From: Saccostrea echinata
Taxonomy: Eukaryota
Direction of reading: 5' to 3'
NCBI RefSeq assembly: GCF_033153115.1
Contig: NW_026889779.1
Span: 15,686,001 to 15,750,000 of the forward strand
DNA length: 64,000 nucleotides
A program made the position numbers and the translations under genes. Of the stretch, positions 63,526 through 64,000 are shown one piece after another. The notes beneath the pieces are model-generated. The model ran no database searches and had not been told where the DNA came from. It saw only the letters and a list, made by a program, of their open reading frames with translations. How positions within the stretch are numbered: the first letter of the stretch is position 1; every line of letters begins with the position of its first letter.

Positions 63526-64000
63526 GTAAGTCTTGAAACATTTATTTATTATGATGATGGGTGTAAGAAAAGAGATTGTTTAAGTTGTTATATTTTCATG
63601 GTATACTCGAAGCTTCCTTCTCATTTTGTAAAGTCTTTCAGGGTTGTGGGTCTGTATAGACAGTGAAAATTTCATGTAGAACTTGACATTAATTCTTACA
63701 AGCACAGATTCTCCAGCATTCAGAAGCTTGCTGTCAACAGAAGGATTGCAGGTTTATTAATGACAAGAAGATATGCTTATGAACTGAACTTGACTTCATT
63801 TTAACAAGGTTAAGGTCTTTGGATGTTTAATTTGGACATTTAGGCCTAGTTAGCAACATGAGGTTGTTTTAAATATATTTTTATTAAAGAAATGTATAAT
63901 TATCTTTGATATCAATATGACTAGCTGAGAGCTGATTCCTCATGAGGAATATAATGTCAGTACCTGGAGGTAAATACTAGTGATGGGAATCTGTAAGAAT

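Overview
AT-rich, intron-containing eukaryotic scaffold with five N-gaps. Gene content and repeat families (Helentron/HINE-type elements with ~160-bp internal arrays, HSPA12-like, Mieap-like and single-cysteine-cluster TLR genes) point to a bivalve, most likely an oyster (inference). Exon-level models could be built by hand for a Mieap/SPATA18-domain gene (-), an HSPA12-type atypical Hsp70 (+), PAM16/Magmas (-), LRRC59 (+), a Patched-related/PTCHD3-like SSD transporter (-), a Toll-like receptor (-) and the 5' part of a GM2-activator-like ML-domain gene (+). There is also the 5' end of an unidentified gene at the left edge. Six of these genes form three head-to-head pairs. The most interesting is the Mieap-like/HSPA12 pair. 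Their coding starts are under 2 kb apart, with IRF-like motifs between them. The Mieap-like partner has an MGxxxS myristoylation start and a long-helix plus beta-hairpin C-terminus reminiscent of GrpE. This suggests, as an untested hypothesis, a co-regulated Hsp70/cofactor module. The remaining DNA is dense with MITEs, HINEs, tRNA-derived SINEs, transposase remnants and palindromes. All family assignments are from motif recognition only; no database search was run.
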